Part shown: in pieces, positions 62,366 to 64,000 of the stretch | How the letters are laid out: each line of letters opens with the position of its first letter | How positions within the stretch are numbered: position 1 is the stretch's first letter | NCBI GenBank assembly: GCA_963740185.1 | Contig: CAVUDH010000007.1 | Location: 47,740-111,739 of the forward strand | Reading direction: 5' to 3' | Source: an uncultured Verrucomicrobiae bacterium | Lineage (GTDB): Bacteria > Verrucomicrobiota > Verrucomicrobiia > Chthoniobacterales > JAATET01 | Length of the DNA: 64,000 nt | The notes under the pieces: generated by a model | What the model was told of the DNA's origin: nothing | Seen by the model: the letters and a program-made list of their open reading frames with translations, nothing else | Databases searched by the model: none | Position numbers and translations under genes: made by a program

Positions 62366-63025
62366 TCAATAGTGGGTGCTAGTCCGTCGCGGCTGCATTA
62401 CGACAACCTCGCCTCTTTCGCGAATCATCGCTTCAATCAGCTTACAGCACTCCCGATATTGGAATTTGCCGCGCCAATAGGAAATCATCCTCCGGCTAAT
62501 TTCGAGTTCGCGGGAAGGGCAGGCCACTCCGGACGGCAGCGCATGCTCCGTTTCTCCCCGATCCGGCGTCAGGATTTCATCAATCCATGGCTCATTATTC
62601 TTCAGTGCGCAATCGACTAGTTTAGTTGCATCCGCGAACGACAAACCGGATGCGTATTCCGCCTTGTATCGCGCAACGAGTTTTTTGGCGGCAGATCGAA
62701 TCCGGTTCTTTTTGGCAGACGGACTAACCGACCTCAGGGGTGTATCGCCAGCTCGCGACCGCCATACGGGCCGACAGGTATCCCAAGCAGCTATCGCGCA
62801 AATTGGCGCAGGGAACCCCGTAAAGCAGAGGTCGTCAAATATCTCCTCAACCGTCCGCTGGGACATCGTTGCTTTGTTATAAGTGTAGCCCGCCGCGTAG
62901 TGGAGCAACACGACTTCCCTCGAATCTTTCGCGCCCCCTTCCCGCTTTCTGCCACTCTTTTTCGCCTTCCCGAGCGCCTTGGAACGCTTGCGCCGCCAAA
63001 GCGTGGACCGGTGAAGACGTTGCAT
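62366..63025 (-). CDS. Hypothetical protein
   Basis: 219-aa ORF with a basic N-terminus; only ORF of this size here. No recognised domain. Start uncertain. Confidence 0.35.
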   Translation of the reverse strand: MQRLHRSTLWRRKRSKALGKAKKSGRKREGGAKDSREVVLLHYAAGYTYNKATMSQRTVEEIFDDLCFTGFPAPICAIAAWDTCRPVWRSRAGDTPLRSVSPSAKKNRIRSAAKKLVARYKAEYASGLSFADATKLVDCALKNNEPWIDEILTPDRGETEHALPSGVACPSRELEISRRMISYWRGKFQYRECCKLIEAMIRERGEVVVMQPRRTSTHY

Positions 63026-63048
63026 AATGTAACAATAGTCGCAACGTC

Positions 63049-63261
63049 ATGTTGACGAATCAAGTCGAAACGAAAGGCACGACCTTTATCGGAAATGCAT
63101 CGGAGGTTGCGCCGCGCATCCCAATGAAACCATCTACGCTCCTCCGGCTTGGACGTAAGCGCAAAGTCCCATCGCTAATTCTCGGACACCGCACCGTCCT
63201 TTTCGACGAGGCAAAGGTCCGGGCCGCCCTCAACAAATTCGAGGTGAAGGAGGTTGCATGA
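63049..63261 (+). CDS. Excisionase/AlpA-like helix-turn-helix protein
   Basis: 70 aa. SEVAPRIPMKPSTLLRLGRKRKVPSLILGHRTVLFDEAKVRAAL follows the HTH_17 pattern (HTH, then 'G-x-R-x-x-x-F' and a C-terminal helix). Confidence 0.6.
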   Translation: MLTNQVETKGTTFIGNASEVAPRIPMKPSTLLRLGRKRKVPSLILGHRTVLFDEAKVRAALNKFEVKEVA

Positions 63262-63479
63262 GCCGCCCCGAAGAACGAGAAAGCCGCCCGGTCAGGGGCG
63301 GCCTTGAGTCTCACAAACTACAACGGAAACCTATCTCGCAACGCGCGAGACTCAAGCGCGAAGTATTTTGTCATCTTTACGCGTGGCTTGAGACGGGCAA
63401 CGAAAATTCGCTGCGCCTCGCATTGAGCAAGGGAGATGCGTTGGCGACGGGATCGCATGCCGGGAAGAGACCACGGTGA
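63258..63479 (+). CDS. Hypothetical small protein
   Basis: 73-aa ORF coupled by 4-nt overlaps to both neighbours. Confidence 0.35.
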   Translation: MSRPEERESRPVRGGLESHKLQRKPISQRARLKREVFCHLYAWLETGNENSLRLALSKGDALATGSHAGKRPR

Positions 63480-64000
63480 ACTGGATCTTCATCCATTCAA
63501 GCCTCGACGACGCACGACTTGACGCGGAAGCGTTCCGAGTTCTCTGTCATATTGCGAGGCGCGCGGACGGTAGCGGATTAGCCTTCCCCGCCGTGAAGGA
63601 GATTGCGCGGACCTGTCGAATCAACAAAGACACTGTTTGCAAGCGTCTCCGCGCTCTCGTGACGGACGGATGGATTGAGAGAATTCAGCGTTCTGGTCAA
63701 TCGTCGGGATACCGCCTTTCCCCGTCGCCTCAACCTATCCGATATGAGGGGGTATCCGACAAGGAGGGGCACCCATCGAAACAGGAGCCACCTATCCGAC
63801 CAGAGGGGATGGAGGTTATCCGACGAGAGGGAACCGAAGGTAATCCAATAAGGAAATCCAATAAGGTAATCCAAAGGGCGAAGTTCGATCCTCTTTCCGA
63901 TTCGCCGATTCCATTCGATTCACCGGAGTTCACCGCCGCATGGAGCGAATGGGCAACCCACCGGCGCGAGATCAAAAAGGCGATCACGCCGACGACCGCT
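63476..64000 (+). CDS. HTH-domain replication/initiator-like protein (3' end outside window)
   Basis: GTG 63476 overlaps the upstream stop. AFRVLCHIARRADGSGLAFPAVKEIARTCRINKDTVCKRLRALVTDGWIERI is a wHTH typical of phage/ICE replication proteins. The open frame continues to the window end. Confidence 0.55.
   Translation, partial: MNWIFIHSSLDDARLDAEAFRVLCHIARRADGSGLAFPAVKEIARTCRINKDTVCKRLRALVTDGWIERIQRSGQSSGYRLSPSPQPIRYEGVSDKEGHPSKQEPPIRPEGMEVIRREGTEGNPIRKSNKVIQRAKFDPLSDSPIPFDSPEFTAAWSEWATHRREIKKAITPTTA
63736..63878. repeat. Iteron-like direct repeats inside the replication-type gene
   Basis: TATCCGA[T/C] at 63736, 63753, 63793 and 63817, each followed within 2-5 nt by a G-run (aggggg/agggg/aggg), with a degenerate copy near 63773. 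Then three [T/A]AATCCAA units at 63841, 63854 and 63867 (13-nt period). Confidence 0.65.

Larger units (their letters stand above)
60785..64000. mobile_element. Integrative element (left part): integrase, small ORFs, excisionase-like HTH, replication-type HTH gene; extends beyond the window
   Basis: Tyrosine recombinase immediately after a housekeeping gene, followed by phage/ICE-type small genes and iteron-like repeats. The right end was not seen. Confidence 0.7.

Overview
High-GC bacterial chromosomal window. The protein repertoire and the GGCTTCCAGCC-type palindromes suggest a Verrucomicrobiota/Opitutae-like organism, but that is inference only. Most of it is housekeeping: dnaK, groES-groEL, a Trk/Ktr K+ transporter, hemL, ftsK, rlmN, dnaX-ybaB, recR, trmD, PBP1A and two ECF sigma modules. 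Two accessory regions stand out. (1) A defence island of about 11.6 kb (24043-35600) is built on a type I R-M system in the unusual order hsdR - fic - hsdS (decayed) - ABC-type ATPase - Cys-depleted HNH protein - hsdM - mrr - membrane NERD protein. The Septu-like ATPase/HNH pair is start/stop-coupled into hsdM. It sits in a visibly lower-GC module whose recombination joints fall inside hsdS and hsdM. This is my best candidate for an undescribed, restriction-linked system. (2) An integrative element at the right edge (60785 to the window end) carries a tyrosine integrase, an excisionase-like HTH protein and an HTH replication-type gene with iteron-like repeats inside its coding sequence. Caveat: I count about 30 reading-frame breaks. 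Many are in essential genes (dnaK, groEL, hemL, trmD, PBP1A), so much of this is probably indel error in the assembly. The clustering in hsdS (8 breaks) looks like genuine decay. All coordinates of frame breaks are approximate hand estimates. No rRNA, tRNA or CRISPR array was recognised.
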